Shown one piece after another: positions 1 through 9,294 of a DNA stretch of 61,900 bases. How positions within the stretch are numbered: the first letter of the stretch is position 1; every line of letters begins with the position of its first letter. Source of the stretch: Candidatus Aegiribacteria sp. Lineage in GTDB: Bacteria > Fermentibacterota > Fermentibacteria > Fermentibacterales > JCC-6. Where the stretch lies: assembly GCA_046498225.1 (NCBI GenBank), contig JAWOBF010000086.1, positions 1-61,900 of the forward strand. Direction: 5' to 3'. The notes under the pieces were generated by a model. That model was not told the origin of the DNA. It made no database searches and worked only from the letters and a program-made list of their open reading frames with translations. A program made the position numbers and the translations under genes.

Positions 1-146
1 CTCTTCGCCCTGTAGACCACTCCGATCCCGCGCCAGAACTCGAAGGCCTCCCAGGCTCGCTTGACCGTGTTCTCCAGCTCTTCGGGAGTATTCTCTTCCC
101 ATGTCCTGATGACGTTGCCGGTAAAGGGATTGATCGATCTCAGCAC
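1..146 (-). CDS. NAD-dependent aldehyde dehydrogenase (succinate-semialdehyde dehydrogenase-like), N-terminal part; runs off window start
   Basis: Not in ORF track. Manual translation from GTG at 146 gives MLRSINPFTGNVIRTWEENTPEELENTVKRAWEAFEFWR, the typical 'SINP.TG' ALDH N-terminus; GGGGAGG RBS upstream. Confidence 0.7.
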   Translation of the reverse strand, partial: MLRSINPFTGNVIRTWEENTPEELENTVKRAWEAFEFWRGIGVVYRAK

Positions 147-277
147 TTTAGGCCCTCCCCTGTGTGTTGTCCGGGTTCATCATGCGCCCTGTCTGCACTA
201 TACTATTGCATGATTTCGGGAAAGGAAAGTACGGGTACACCGGGTATCGGCGGGGAGATGGCAAATCTGGCGCTTTC

Positions 278-910
278 TCACTGAAGGAATGGATTAGTCA
301 CTCTCTCTTCCCCCACTGTGGTTTCCGGACCGTGGCCCGGATGCACCACCGTTCCGGAAGGCAGTGTGAGTATTCTCTCCCTGATGGAGGAGATGAGAAG
401 GTCGTGATCACCCCCGGGAAGGTCGGTTCTTCCTATGGAACCGCTGAACAGGCTATCGCCGGTGAAGACATGGCCTTCGCAGTAGAGGCTTACTCCTCCG
501 GGGGAGTGGCCGGGGGTATGGATGACGTTCAGGCTCAGCTCTCCGAAATTGATGACGTCCCCGTCATGGAGAAGGTGGGTGGGTTCCGGAGAGCTCTGAA
601 AGGACATTCCCCAGTACTCGGCATGTAAATCGGCCTGGCGAAGGAGGGAAAGGTCCCGTTCATGAATATGGAGCCTGATCCCCGGGTAACGGGATACAAG
701 GAACGCGTTGCCTCCGATGTGATCGAAATGGCCGTGGGTGTTCACCAGCGCGGCGGGTTTCAGGCCGTTCGCCTCCAGCGTTCCGGCTATCTCTTCACCG
801 TCCCCTCCGGGGTCTATGACCAGGGCGACGGAGGTGGCGGGGCATCCCACAATGTAGCAGTTCACATCCAGGGGCCCGGCGGTCTGATGCAGAACAAGCG
901 GTTCCCTCAT
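278..910 (-). CDS. MBL-fold metallo-hydrolase (glyoxalase II-like)
   Basis: THGHFDH (HxHxDH), TPGHSPG, FTGDSLF and PGHG motifs. Confidence 0.9.
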   Translation of the reverse strand: MREPLVLHQTAGPLDVNCYIVGCPATSVALVIDPGGDGEEIAGTLEANGLKPAALVNTHGHFDHIGGNAFLVSRYPGIRLHIHERDLSLLRQADLHAEYWGMSFQSSPEPTHLLHDGDVINFGELSLNVIHTPGHSPGGVSLYCEGHVFTGDSLFSGSIGRTDLPGGDHDLLISSIRERILTLPSGTVVHPGHGPETTVGEERVTNPFLQ

Positions 911-939
911 GTGTTTCAGCGGACCTTCCAGGGTAAAGG

Positions 940-1221
940 TTATTCCTCTTTTCCTTTCACCAGCTTGAGCTGACGGCGCATCTTCACATAGCGGATGTAG
1001 CCGAATACTCCCACCATCATGGACACGGTTATGAGAACGAAACCGATAACCCTCAGTTCCCTTCCCACCGTGAGCAGCTCCACCAGCGTCATTCCAGACG
1101 CCAGGAGCATGATAGCGGTTCTTATGTAGGCAAGAAGGGTCCGCTCATTGGCCAGGATTGTCCTTTCCCTGCCCAGTTCATCCCTCAGTCCCTGGCAGTA
1201 TACATTTTTATCTCTATCCAT
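940..1221 (-). CDS. DUF202/YidH-family small membrane protein
   Basis: LANERTLLAYIRT signature followed by two hydrophobic helices. Confidence 0.85.
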   Translation of the reverse strand: MDRDKNVYCQGLRDELGRERTILANERTLLAYIRTAIMLLASGMTLVELLTVGRELRVIGFVLITVSMMVGVFGYIRYVKMRRQLKLVKGKEE

Positions 1222-1274
1222 CCCATCTCCTCGGTAGCAGTTCGGACCAGCGCGGTATTGAAATCCCAGCGATC

Positions 1275-1303
1275 AGATTAAGGTATGCATGAGTGCCCGT
1301 CAA
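1275..1303 (-). promoter_or_regulatory. Sigma70-type promoter for the DUF202 gene
   Basis: TTGACG (1303-1298), 17-nt spacer, TAATCT (1280-1275) on the minus strand. Confidence 0.55.
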
Positions 1304-1305
1304 GC

Positions 1306-3414
1306 TCATTCGGTCATTCCCAGGGTCTTCCAGAAGAAGGCGTAATTATCGGCGGTTCTGTCCAGGGATTCCGAAAGACCCACGGCTCCACCGTGGCCCG
1401 CCCTTGAAACGATGGACATGAGAATGGGAGAACTCCCGGCCTGCGCGGCCTGAAGCCTGGCCCCGTACTTGAAGCTGTGGCCCGGCACCACCCTGTCGTC
1501 ATGGTCCGCCGTGGAGATGAGCACGGGAGGGTATTCGATTCCCGGCTGAATGTTGTGATACGGTGAATATTCCAGGAGGAACTCTACGTCGTCGGGGGAT
1601 TCAGGATCACCGTACTCGGATACCCATGCCCATCCTATGGTGAACAGGTGGAAGCGCATCAGGTCCATCACCCCGGTTGCCGGCGCCGCGGCGCCGAACA
1701 GGTCGGGCCTCATGTTCAGGGCGCAGGCGACAAGGGTACCTCCGTTTGAGCCGCCGGAGATGCCGAGTTTCGGAGTGGAGGTATACCCCCGGTCTATCAG
1801 ATATTCCGCGGCCGCTATGAAATCCCTGAACACCACCGGACGGTTCTCCCTGATGCCGGCCGAATGCCATTCATCACCGTATTCCCCGCCGCCCCGGAGG
1901 CATGGAATGGCGTACACACCGCCCATTTCCAGCCAGACCGTTCTGGATACACTGAACCAGGGCTTCATGGAAACCCCGAAACCTCCGTAGCCAGAGAGGA
2001 TGGTGGGGTTGGAGCCGTCTAGCTCGATATCATCGGGGTAGACGATGAACATCGGTATCGAGGTGCCGTCGAAACTCTCGTAGAAGACCTGTTCCTCCCT
2101 GAAACGTGACAGATCGACTTCTATGGACGGCTTCCAGAGCAGGGTGCTCTGCCCGGTGGACAGATCGCAGCGGTATACCTCCCCCGGGTGCAGGAGAGAA
2201 CTGTACTGGTAGAAGGTCTCGGTATCGGACTGGAACCCGCCGAAACCCCATGCAGTGCCCCTGCCGGGCAGGGGTACCTCGCCCACCAGGTTTCCCCGGA
2301 GGTCGTACAGCTCAACCGAATCGTATCCCTCCCAGGAGTATTTGAGCACAAGGGTCTCGCTGTTGTTGAGCAGGGAAGCGCTGGTCAGTATCCTGTCAGA
2401 CTCCGGAACTATCTCCTCCCAGTTCTCCCTCTCCGGTGAATTGAGGTCTATTCTTATCACTCTGCTGTGCGGGGCGTCCAGATCGGTGAGGAAGTAGAAC
2501 TCGGCCCCCGTGTTCCCTATCAGACTGTAGGTTGCATCGAAATCTCCCAGCAGCTCCACCACTTCCCGTTCCGGTGAGTTCATATCCACATGGAACAGGC
2601 CGTTCCGGTCGGCTACATTACCGTCATAGATCCAGATTATGAGGTAGTCGCCATCCTCCGTGAGACCGGCGGACATCATCCAGTCGGGCCGGTCCGGTCT
2701 GTGGTAGACCAGGCTGTCCTGCTCCTGGAGGGTTCCCAGCCTGTGGTACATTATCCTCTGGTTCCTGTTCTGCTGAGTGTACTCCCGGCCTTCCTCCGGA
2801 ATATCGTAGATACTGTAGAAGACACCTTCGTTGTCCGCGTCCCAGGATACCATTCCCTTCAGCCATCTGAGAGTGTCCTCCAGAGCCCTGCCGCTGGACA
2901 GGTCCATGAAGTGGATGGTTCTCCAGTCCGAACCGCTGTGGCTGGAGGCCCAGGCCATGAGATTTCCGTCATCGGTCACGCGGGCTCCGGCGAAGGCCAT
3001 TCTGTCATCTTCGAACCGGTTCGGGTCGATCAGCACGGTTCGTTCTCCACCTATGCTGTCGCTGGTACAGAAAACAGGATGCTCCTGCAGTCCGTCGTTC
3101 ACGTAGAAGAAGTATCTCTCTCCCCTTCTGTAGGGCATGGATATAGACTGATAGTCGTAAACTTCCTCCAGCCTGGCCCTTATGGAATCGCGGACCGGGA
3201 TATCCTCGATGAAGGAATTCCACAGAGTGTTCTGGGCCTCCACCCAGGCGGTGGTCCTTTCAGAGTCAACGTCCTCCAGCCACCTGTATGGATCGGGGAC
3301 CGGGATCCCGAAAAAGTCATCCACCACATCTCCCGGAGGCGCTTCCGGATAGGATATGACGGAGGCGAGCAGTACGGCCGGAACAATGAACGCGGCGGTG
3401 AACACTCTGAACAT
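1306..3414 (-). CDS. Secreted prolyl oligopeptidase (S9A)
   Basis: N-terminal signal peptide, DPYRWLE, GGGEYG, catalytic GGSNGG (Ser), DHDDRV (Asp) and AGHG (His). Confidence 0.95.
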   Translation of the reverse strand: MFRVFTAAFIVPAVLLASVISYPEAPPGDVVDDFFGIPVPDPYRWLEDVDSERTTAWVEAQNTLWNSFIEDIPVRDSIRARLEEVYDYQSISMPYRRGERYFFYVNDGLQEHPVFCTSDSIGGERTVLIDPNRFEDDRMAFAGARVTDDGNLMAWASSHSGSDWRTIHFMDLSSGRALEDTLRWLKGMVSWDADNEGVFYSIYDIPEEGREYTQQNRNQRIMYHRLGTLQEQDSLVYHRPDRPDWMMSAGLTEDGDYLIIWIYDGNVADRNGLFHVDMNSPEREVVELLGDFDATYSLIGNTGAEFYFLTDLDAPHSRVIRIDLNSPERENWEEIVPESDRILTSASLLNNSETLVLKYSWEGYDSVELYDLRGNLVGEVPLPGRGTAWGFGGFQSDTETFYQYSSLLHPGEVYRCDLSTGQSTLLWKPSIEVDLSRFREEQVFYESFDGTSIPMFIVYPDDIELDGSNPTILSGYGGFGVSMKPWFSVSRTVWLEMGGVYAIPCLRGGGEYGDEWHSAGIRENRPVVFRDFIAAAEYLIDRGYTSTPKLGISGGSNGGTLVACALNMRPDLFGAAAPATGVMDLMRFHLFTIGWAWVSEYGDPESPDDVEFLLEYSPYHNIQPGIEYPPVLISTADHDDRVVPGHSFKYGARLQAAQAGSSPILMSIVSRAGHGGAVGLSESLDRTADNYAFFWKTLGMTE

Positions 3415-3567
3415 GCCGATCCTCCTTCACTGTAATTCAAGTTATTATAATCCATGCGGTACGGACCTGAAATCCACGGGTAGACGAATATTTTTCGGCA
3501 ACACCTGCCGGAAAAGTGTTGATCGCGCGGCAGACGGATCGTTTTCAACCATCGCAGAGGAGTAACC

Positions 3568-4308
3568 ATGCCGAAATTATCCCTGACCATCATGCTCATG
3601 CTGACCGCGACCCTTGCCGGACCCGCTGATGCCGGCTGGTTCATCGACCTTGAAGCAGGTATGGCGATACCGGGATACAACGATGTCCAGGTGCCCAATG
3701 ACGATTCCGGGACCAGGTTCTCTCTTACCGATGCCCTGGATGTGGACCCGGAGTTCATCTACCGGCTGAGGGCCGGCCTGAGGACAGGCAAGCATTCCTT
3801 CAGCCTTTTCGCCGCCCCGCTCAGACTGGAGGGCTCCGGCGTGCTGGCTCAGGACGTGGATTTTGAAGGTGAGACCTTTGCCCAGGGACAGGATGTCACC
3901 GGCCTGTACAGGTTCGATTCGTACCGCCTGACCTGGCGCTACCTGCTGGTGGACAGACCCGGTTTCTCCTTCTCAGGCGGACTGACAGCCAAGATTAGAG
4001 ACGCGGAGATAAAGCTGGAATCCGGGTCGCTCTCAGCCAGCACCACCAACACCGGGTTCGTGCCGCTGCTGAGTTTCGACATGAGATGGAAACCCTGCCG
4101 CAGTCTGGGGCTGCTTCTGGAAGGAGATGCCCTTGTGGGTCCTCAGGGCCGTGCGGAGGACGTGTTCCTGGGGCTTTTCTACAACGCAACGGACAGGGTG
4201 GAGCTTCGTGCCGGATACAGGATAGTCGAGGGCGGGGCGGACGTGGAAACGGTGTATAACTTTACACTCGTGAATTTCATAACCGCCGGAGTGAACTTCA
4301 GTATCTGA
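3568..4308 (+). CDS. Putative outer-membrane beta-barrel protein
   Basis: Signal peptide, alternating amphipathic beta strands, aromatic-rich C-terminal strand (GVNFSI); GAGGAG RBS. Confidence 0.65.
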   Translation: MPKLSLTIMLMLTATLAGPADAGWFIDLEAGMAIPGYNDVQVPNDDSGTRFSLTDALDVDPEFIYRLRAGLRTGKHSFSLFAAPLRLEGSGVLAQDVDFEGETFAQGQDVTGLYRFDSYRLTWRYLLVDRPGFSFSGGLTAKIRDAEIKLESGSLSASTTNTGFVPLLSFDMRWKPCRSLGLLLEGDALVGPQGRAEDVFLGLFYNATDRVELRAGYRIVEGGADVETVYNFTLVNFITAGVNFSI

Positions 4309-4337
4309 TCTTCGCAGTCCTGTGTTCTCCGGACGGA

Positions 4338-4922
4338 TCATCCGTTACCCGATACCAGCCTGTCCACTGTACGGACCAGGGTCACACCCAGTTTCCTGAC
4401 GGCTGTGTGGTCCCGACCGCTCAGCAGGGAACCGTCTTCATCGAAGGCGCTGTCCGCGGATGAAATGCTTCTGGTTGCCGGAAGCACGGTAACACCAAGG
4501 TTGCCAAGCATCATTCGAAGCACTACCAGTCCGCGGAGCCCGCCAAGACTTCCGGGTGAGGCGGACATAATGACCGCGGTCTTCCCCCGGTATGCCGATA
4601 GAGGCTTCTCATCCGGTGTTACGCTCCTCGAGGCCCAGTCCAGAACATTCTTCAGGAGTGGTGTGATCGAGCTGTTGTACTCCGGCGAAGAGATGAGCAG
4701 GGCATCATTTTCCAGCATCAGTTCCTTGAACTCCGCCGCCGCCGGGGGCATTCCCTCCCTGGCTTCCAGGTCCTCGTTCATGATGGGCATGGGATAGTCT
4801 GCCAGCTCCACCAGACTCACTTCCCCTCCGGCCTCCCTCGCGCCGGCCGCCGCGATGCGTATGAGTTTCCTGTTGTAGCTTTCCTCTCTGGTGCTTCCGG
4901 CGAAGGCCAGTATTCGGGCCAT
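4338..4922 (-). CDS. NAD(P)H-dependent FMN reductase (flavodoxin-like)
   Basis: FAGSTR..SYN, SPEYNSS..PLLKN..DW and SASPG..GG motifs. Confidence 0.9.
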   Translation of the reverse strand: MARILAFAGSTREESYNRKLIRIAAAGAREAGGEVSLVELADYPMPIMNEDLEAREGMPPAAAEFKELMLENDALLISSPEYNSSITPLLKNVLDWASRSVTPDEKPLSAYRGKTAVIMSASPGSLGGLRGLVVLRMMLGNLGVTVLPATRSISSADSAFDEDGSLLSGRDHTAVRKLGVTLVRTVDRLVSGNG

Positions 4923-4977
4923 AAGTGTCTCCTTCCCTGAGGGAACGCGATATCTAGCAGGGCGCGTCCGAAAGCTC

Positions 4978-5532
4978 CTACAGTCCGGCGCTGTCCATCC
5001 ACCACAGGACCAGTAATATCAGTACAGCTGCGGGAATGACTACCACCCATCGATTCACCGAAAACATCTCGGGCAGCGTAGAGTTCTTCGGCTGGGCTAT
5101 CTTCAGCGTCTTTCTGCTCAGTCTTCCGTACACGGAAGCGAAGATACCGGCGCCTAGGATAACTCCCAGACCTCCCGCGATGGCATCCAGATAACCGTTG
5201 CCCACTGCTCCCACCAGGGTCCCGGGGCAGTAGCCCATGACGGCGAAGCCCACACCGAAGAGCAGTCCGCCGATAATGGCGGCGCTTATGGAATCCTGTT
5301 TGGGGTGAAGGCTGATGAGGTTCATGCTCTTCATTGCGTGTATTCCCAGCATTCCCACCACAACCGCGGTAAGCATCACCTTGATGACGGTGAAATCCTG
5401 CAGAAGCAGCTGACCAATGATAACGTTGTACTTCGTCACGCCGCCCTTCTGAAGAAGGAAGCCGAACAGTATTCCCGCCAGCAGCCCCAGTGCCAGCTGT
5501 AGTTTTCTCCTTTCATGAAGTGCTGTAAGCAT
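4978..5532 (-). CDS. YeeE/YedE-family sulfur-compound transporter subunit
   Basis: GILFGFLLQK, GGLLFGVG..V.GYCPGT motifs; multiple TM helices. Confidence 0.85.
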   Translation of the reverse strand: MLTALHERRKLQLALGLLAGILFGFLLQKGGVTKYNVIIGQLLLQDFTVIKVMLTAVVVGMLGIHAMKSMNLISLHPKQDSISAAIIGGLLFGVGFAVMGYCPGTLVGAVGNGYLDAIAGGLGVILGAGIFASVYGRLSRKTLKIAQPKNSTLPEMFSVNRWVVVIPAAVLILLVLWWMDSAGL

Positions 5533-5534
5533 TC

Positions 5535-6068
5535 CTACACCCCCCCGGCTTCAGGTATGCCGAACATGATCATGGCGGTGGCGATTCCACCAAGGAAGAT
5601 ACAGATGGCGGTGACCCAGCTGTTCAGAGCAAGCTGCATCGTACCGCTTATACCGTGACCGCTGGTGCAGCCGCCGGCCCATCTGGCGCCGAAACCGACG
5701 AGAATTCCACCGGCGAAGGATACCGCAAGGCGGGGGATAACCGCAGAACCGAAGCTGGACCGCCATACGGAAGGTATCCACGCGGTATCAAAATCCCCGG
5801 AAAGAAGGGCCGAGAGGATGGCTCCGAAGAATATTCCCAGCACAAGCATCCACTCCCAGTCGATGACAGGGGCGAACTTCCGGTAATATGGATTGGATTC
5901 GATCTTCTCTTCGCCTTTGAACAGCTTTCCCAGCATGCCGCTGGTGCGGGCGAAAGCGGTCGAGCAACCTATGGCTTTGTCCGAGAGCAGGAAAGTGAGC
6001 CAGCTTAGTACACCTATCCCGGCTCCCACCAGGTAAGGCGACCACCTCACCTCGGCTAGAAAATCCAT
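5535..6068 (-). CDS. YeeE/YedE-family sulfur-compound transporter subunit
   Basis: WSPY..G..IG, DWE, GFGARWAGGCTSGHG motifs. Confidence 0.85.
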   Translation of the reverse strand: MDFLAEVRWSPYLVGAGIGVLSWLTFLLSDKAIGCSTAFARTSGMLGKLFKGEEKIESNPYYRKFAPVIDWEWMLVLGIFFGAILSALLSGDFDTAWIPSVWRSSFGSAVIPRLAVSFAGGILVGFGARWAGGCTSGHGISGTMQLALNSWVTAICIFLGGIATAMIMFGIPEAGGV

Positions 6069-6254
6069 TCAATTCTCCCTTCAGGTAATATCATCAGGGT
6101 CATCCTGTCATCAGGGCCCTTCAAAGACTGGATCATTAATAATATTACGGAGAACGGGGTATTTCTGTCAATGCACCTTTGAATTTGCACCGGGTTGTTA
6201 TATTGTGCGGGAAATTCCCTGCTGCCCTCTTCTCTCAGCATGAAAGGTGTCCCG

Positions 6255-8447
6255 GTGAAGACTCTCTGCCTGCTGCCTTTTCTGGCCTGTGCCTGCTTCG
6301 CCTCCAGTGCCGTCACAGCTGTCCGGGTCGAAGCCGCCCCGGAGATCGACGGCGTCCCGGACGATGATGTCTGGAACCTGGCGATGCCGGTCCGAGAACA
6401 TTTCGTGCAGCACCGGCCCGATCCGGGCCGGCCCATGTCGGAGGAAACCGTGGTCAGGGTCCTGTACGATGACAGCAGCATCTACTTCGCCTTCACCATG
6501 TATGACAGCCGACCGGACAAATTCATCAGGATGGTAGCCCCCAGGGACCATGATTTCTCCAGCGAGTGGACAGGGGTCTGGCTGGATACGTTCAACGACG
6601 ACAACAACGCCTACTATTTTTTCGTGAACGTGGATAATGTCCAGCAGGACGGCAGACTCTGCCAGGTGGGGGGATGGGACGGCAACTGGGATGGAGTGTG
6701 GAGAAGCTCCACCGCCGTATCGGATTCAGGCTGGACCGCAGAGCTCGCGATACCACTGTCGGTACTCCAGTATTCCCGCGACGAAGAACAGGCGTGGGGA
6801 GTCAATTTCAAACGAACCATATCCAGGACCAACGAGAGCGGTTTCCTCTACATGATGGCTGATGACGGGAGCATCAGGATCGAGGACTTCGGCGACCTTG
6901 AAGGCCTCAGATCCCTTCCTTCGGCCAGGCGGTTCGAACTTAGACCCTACGGGGCCGGACGCCTGCATTACTCACCGGATGACGAGGAGAAGTGGAACCC
7001 CTGGGCCAACGCCGGTATCGACGCCAGTCTGGGTCTTTCCTCCCAGCTTCTGCTGGACCTGACGGTAAATCCCGATTTCGGCCAGGTGGAAGCGGACCCT
7101 GATCAGCTCAACCTGTCCCACTGGGAGACATACCTGTCGGAAAAAAGACCCTTCTTCCTGGAAGGGCGGGATATGTTCAGCATGCCTTTCAACCTCTTCT
7201 ACTCCAGAAGGATCGGCTCGGTAGCCTCCAACGGCGAGATAATACCTGTCCTGGGCGGAGCCAAGCTCACCGGATCGGTGGGAGGCTTCCGCGTAGGCCT
7301 CCTGGAAGCATACACGGGGAGTGTGAGGGACCAGGGTGTGACTTACTCGGAACCCGCCAGCTACGCAGCCGGCAGGCTCCTGAGGGAGTTCGGTGACGGG
7401 ACCTATGTGGGCATCAGCGCAACCAGCAATGATATACCCGGTGAAGGGGGCGATGAATACTCGTACGGAAGAGCGGCCGCCGTGGACGGCCGAATCTCAT
7501 TTCTGGAACACCATTCTATCGGCGGGGCCCTCGCGGGGACCTGGAACTCCCGGGAGGGCGAATGGAACGATAATCTCGCCTACCGCAGCAGATATGAATT
7601 CGATAACGGACGGCTGGATATCACCGGAGGCATCACCCGTGTGGAGGACAACTTCAACGCGAACATGATGGGATACACATCCGCCACCGGCCAGCTGGAG
7701 AGCTGGGTGAGCGCCGATATCTACCATCCGTTCACCGGGAGCCCTGTCTTTCAGCACTTGTGGGGAGGGGTGAACGGCTGGTACAACAAGGTCCCCGGGG
7801 GGCCGGTGACCGGTCAGGGAGTCCGGCTGAATAGCGGAACAGTCTTCAGGAACAGGAACCATATCTCTTTCAACGTGGGGTACGATGGTCCCTGGACCGA
7901 CAGGTACGAGGGCCCGGAAGGAACCGAATACGAGGGAGGAATTAAATACGGGTTCAGCTGTTCTTCCGATTACAGAAAACCCCTGCACGGAAACCTCTGG
8001 GGCGGGATAAATTCCTGGAGCGAGGGAACGAACCGATACGCCGGGTCGTGGATACGCTACAAGCCTCTCCCCTACTTCACCCTGGAGACGGATCTGGACT
8101 GGAGCGTCACTTCCAGCGCCAGGAAGTACAACTGGGAGACCGGTGGCTGGGACAGGCGTGACACGGACTGGCGTTCAGCCGAACTCAGCGCCAGCTGGAT
8201 GTTCACCAATCATCTGAACCTGAGGGTCACATCGCAGTTGTCCAGGTTCGCGATGAGCTGGGATACGGGGTATTCCCGCCGGGAGTACAGTCACTGGTTG
8301 AACGCCCTTCTGAGCTGGCGGTTCAGGCCGGGGAGCACTTTCTATTTCATGGTGGGGGAGAGCGGCGAACCCGACGAGATAACCGGCGACCCGGGTGAAG
8401 CGGAATTCACCGTTTTTACAAAACTGACCTGGTTCCTTTCGCTGTAG
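6255..8447 (+). CDS. DUF5916 / CBM9-like sugar-binding domain outer-membrane protein
   Basis: Likely GTG start at 6255 with signal peptide; APEIDG..DD.VW CBM9-like start, NPDFGQVEAD, EKRPFFLEG, FYSRRIG motifs; beta-strand-rich C-terminus. Confidence 0.8.
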   Translation: MKTLCLLPFLACACFASSAVTAVRVEAAPEIDGVPDDDVWNLAMPVREHFVQHRPDPGRPMSEETVVRVLYDDSSIYFAFTMYDSRPDKFIRMVAPRDHDFSSEWTGVWLDTFNDDNNAYYFFVNVDNVQQDGRLCQVGGWDGNWDGVWRSSTAVSDSGWTAELAIPLSVLQYSRDEEQAWGVNFKRTISRTNESGFLYMMADDGSIRIEDFGDLEGLRSLPSARRFELRPYGAGRLHYSPDDEEKWNPWANAGIDASLGLSSQLLLDLTVNPDFGQVEADPDQLNLSHWETYLSEKRPFFLEGRDMFSMPFNLFYSRRIGSVASNGEIIPVLGGAKLTGSVGGFRVGLLEAYTGSVRDQGVTYSEPASYAAGRLLREFGDGTYVGISATSNDIPGEGGDEYSYGRAAAVDGRISFLEHHSIGGALAGTWNSREGEWNDNLAYRSRYEFDNGRLDITGGITRVEDNFNANMMGYTSATGQLESWVSADIYHPFTGSPVFQHLWGGVNGWYNKVPGGPVTGQGVRLNSGTVFRNRNHISFNVGYDGPWTDRYEGPEGTEYEGGIKYGFSCSSDYRKPLHGNLWGGINSWSEGTNRYAGSWIRYKPLPYFTLETDLDWSVTSSARKYNWETGGWDRRDTDWRSAELSASWMFTNHLNLRVTSQLSRFAMSWDTGYSRREYSHWLNALLSWRFRPGSTFYFMVGESGEPDEITGDPGEAEFTVFTKLTWFLSL

Positions 8448-8459
8448 GAACGGAATCAG

Positions 8460-8487
8460 TAATTTAACTCATATACGAGTATAATTA
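8460..8487. other. Candidate tyrosine-recombinase (dif-like) site, 11-6-11 inverted repeat
   Basis: TAATTTAACTC-ATATAC-GAGTATAATTA; arms match 9/11 as an inverted repeat; minus strand reads GTATAT-GAGTTAAAT, similar to the dif XerD arm TTATGTTAAAT. Confidence 0.35.
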
Positions 8488-8547
8488 TACTTATTTGTAA
8501 TATTTATATTGATTCTAAATGATATACGGTCAAATAAGTTAATGAAG

Positions 8548-9294
8548 TCAGGTGCGTCCCTGGAAGAAGGAGGCTGCGTCGGCGGGGCCGGTTCCGGTTA
8601 TGGAGAAGAACATCTCCTGCAGCCGGTCCTTCTCCACGCTGTCGCTTCTCATCACCTTCACCATCCTTCCCCGATGTATTATCCCCATCCTGTGGCAGAA
8701 CTGGTGCGCCACCGGCAGGGTGTGGGTGGAGAGTATCACCGCCGCTCCTGCGGCGGCGGCCGCCTCCGCCATCCGGTTGAAGGTCTCCGCGGTGGCCGGG
8801 TCCAGCCCCACGTGGGGCTCGTCTATCACGTACAGTCTCGGACGGGATATGAATGCCGCCGAGAGGACCACCCGCTGGGTCATTCCGTGGGAGTATCCCT
8901 CGGCCCTGCTGTCCAGCCAGCCTTCCATGTCGAAGAGCTTCTCATGGAAATCGATACGCTCCTCCAGCTCACCCGGGGGTATCTCCCGCATCCTGCCGGT
9001 GAACCTGAGGAACTCCCTGCCTGAGAGCCGCGGGTAGAGGTTGGGCTCGTCCGGCACGTAGGCGGTGACGGCCCTGGCCCTCTCCGGCTCCGTTGCGGCG
9101 TCCACCGAGTCCACGAATATCTTTCCCGAGTCTGGAATGACCAGGCCGGTTATCATCTTCAGGGTGGTGGTCTTCCCGGCGCCGTTGGGGCCCAGTAGGC
9201 CGAATATCTCCCCCGCCGGTACTTCGAGTGAGAGACGGTCCACGGCCAGGGTCTTGCCGTAACTCTTGGTCAGCTCCTCCAGCTTCAGCATCAT
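8548..9294 (-). CDS. ABC transporter ATP-binding protein
   Basis: Walker A GPNGAGKTT, YSHGM signature, Walker B YVIDEP, H-loop STH. Confidence 0.9.
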   Translation of the reverse strand: MMLKLEELTKSYGKTLAVDRLSLEVPAGEIFGLLGPNGAGKTTTLKMITGLVIPDSGKIFVDSVDAATEPERARAVTAYVPDEPNLYPRLSGREFLRFTGRMREIPPGELEERIDFHEKLFDMEGWLDSRAEGYSHGMTQRVVLSAAFISRPRLYVIDEPHVGLDPATAETFNRMAEAAAAAGAAVILSTHTLPVAHQFCHRMGIIHRGRMVKVMRSDSVEKDRLQEMFFSITGTGPADAASFFQGRT

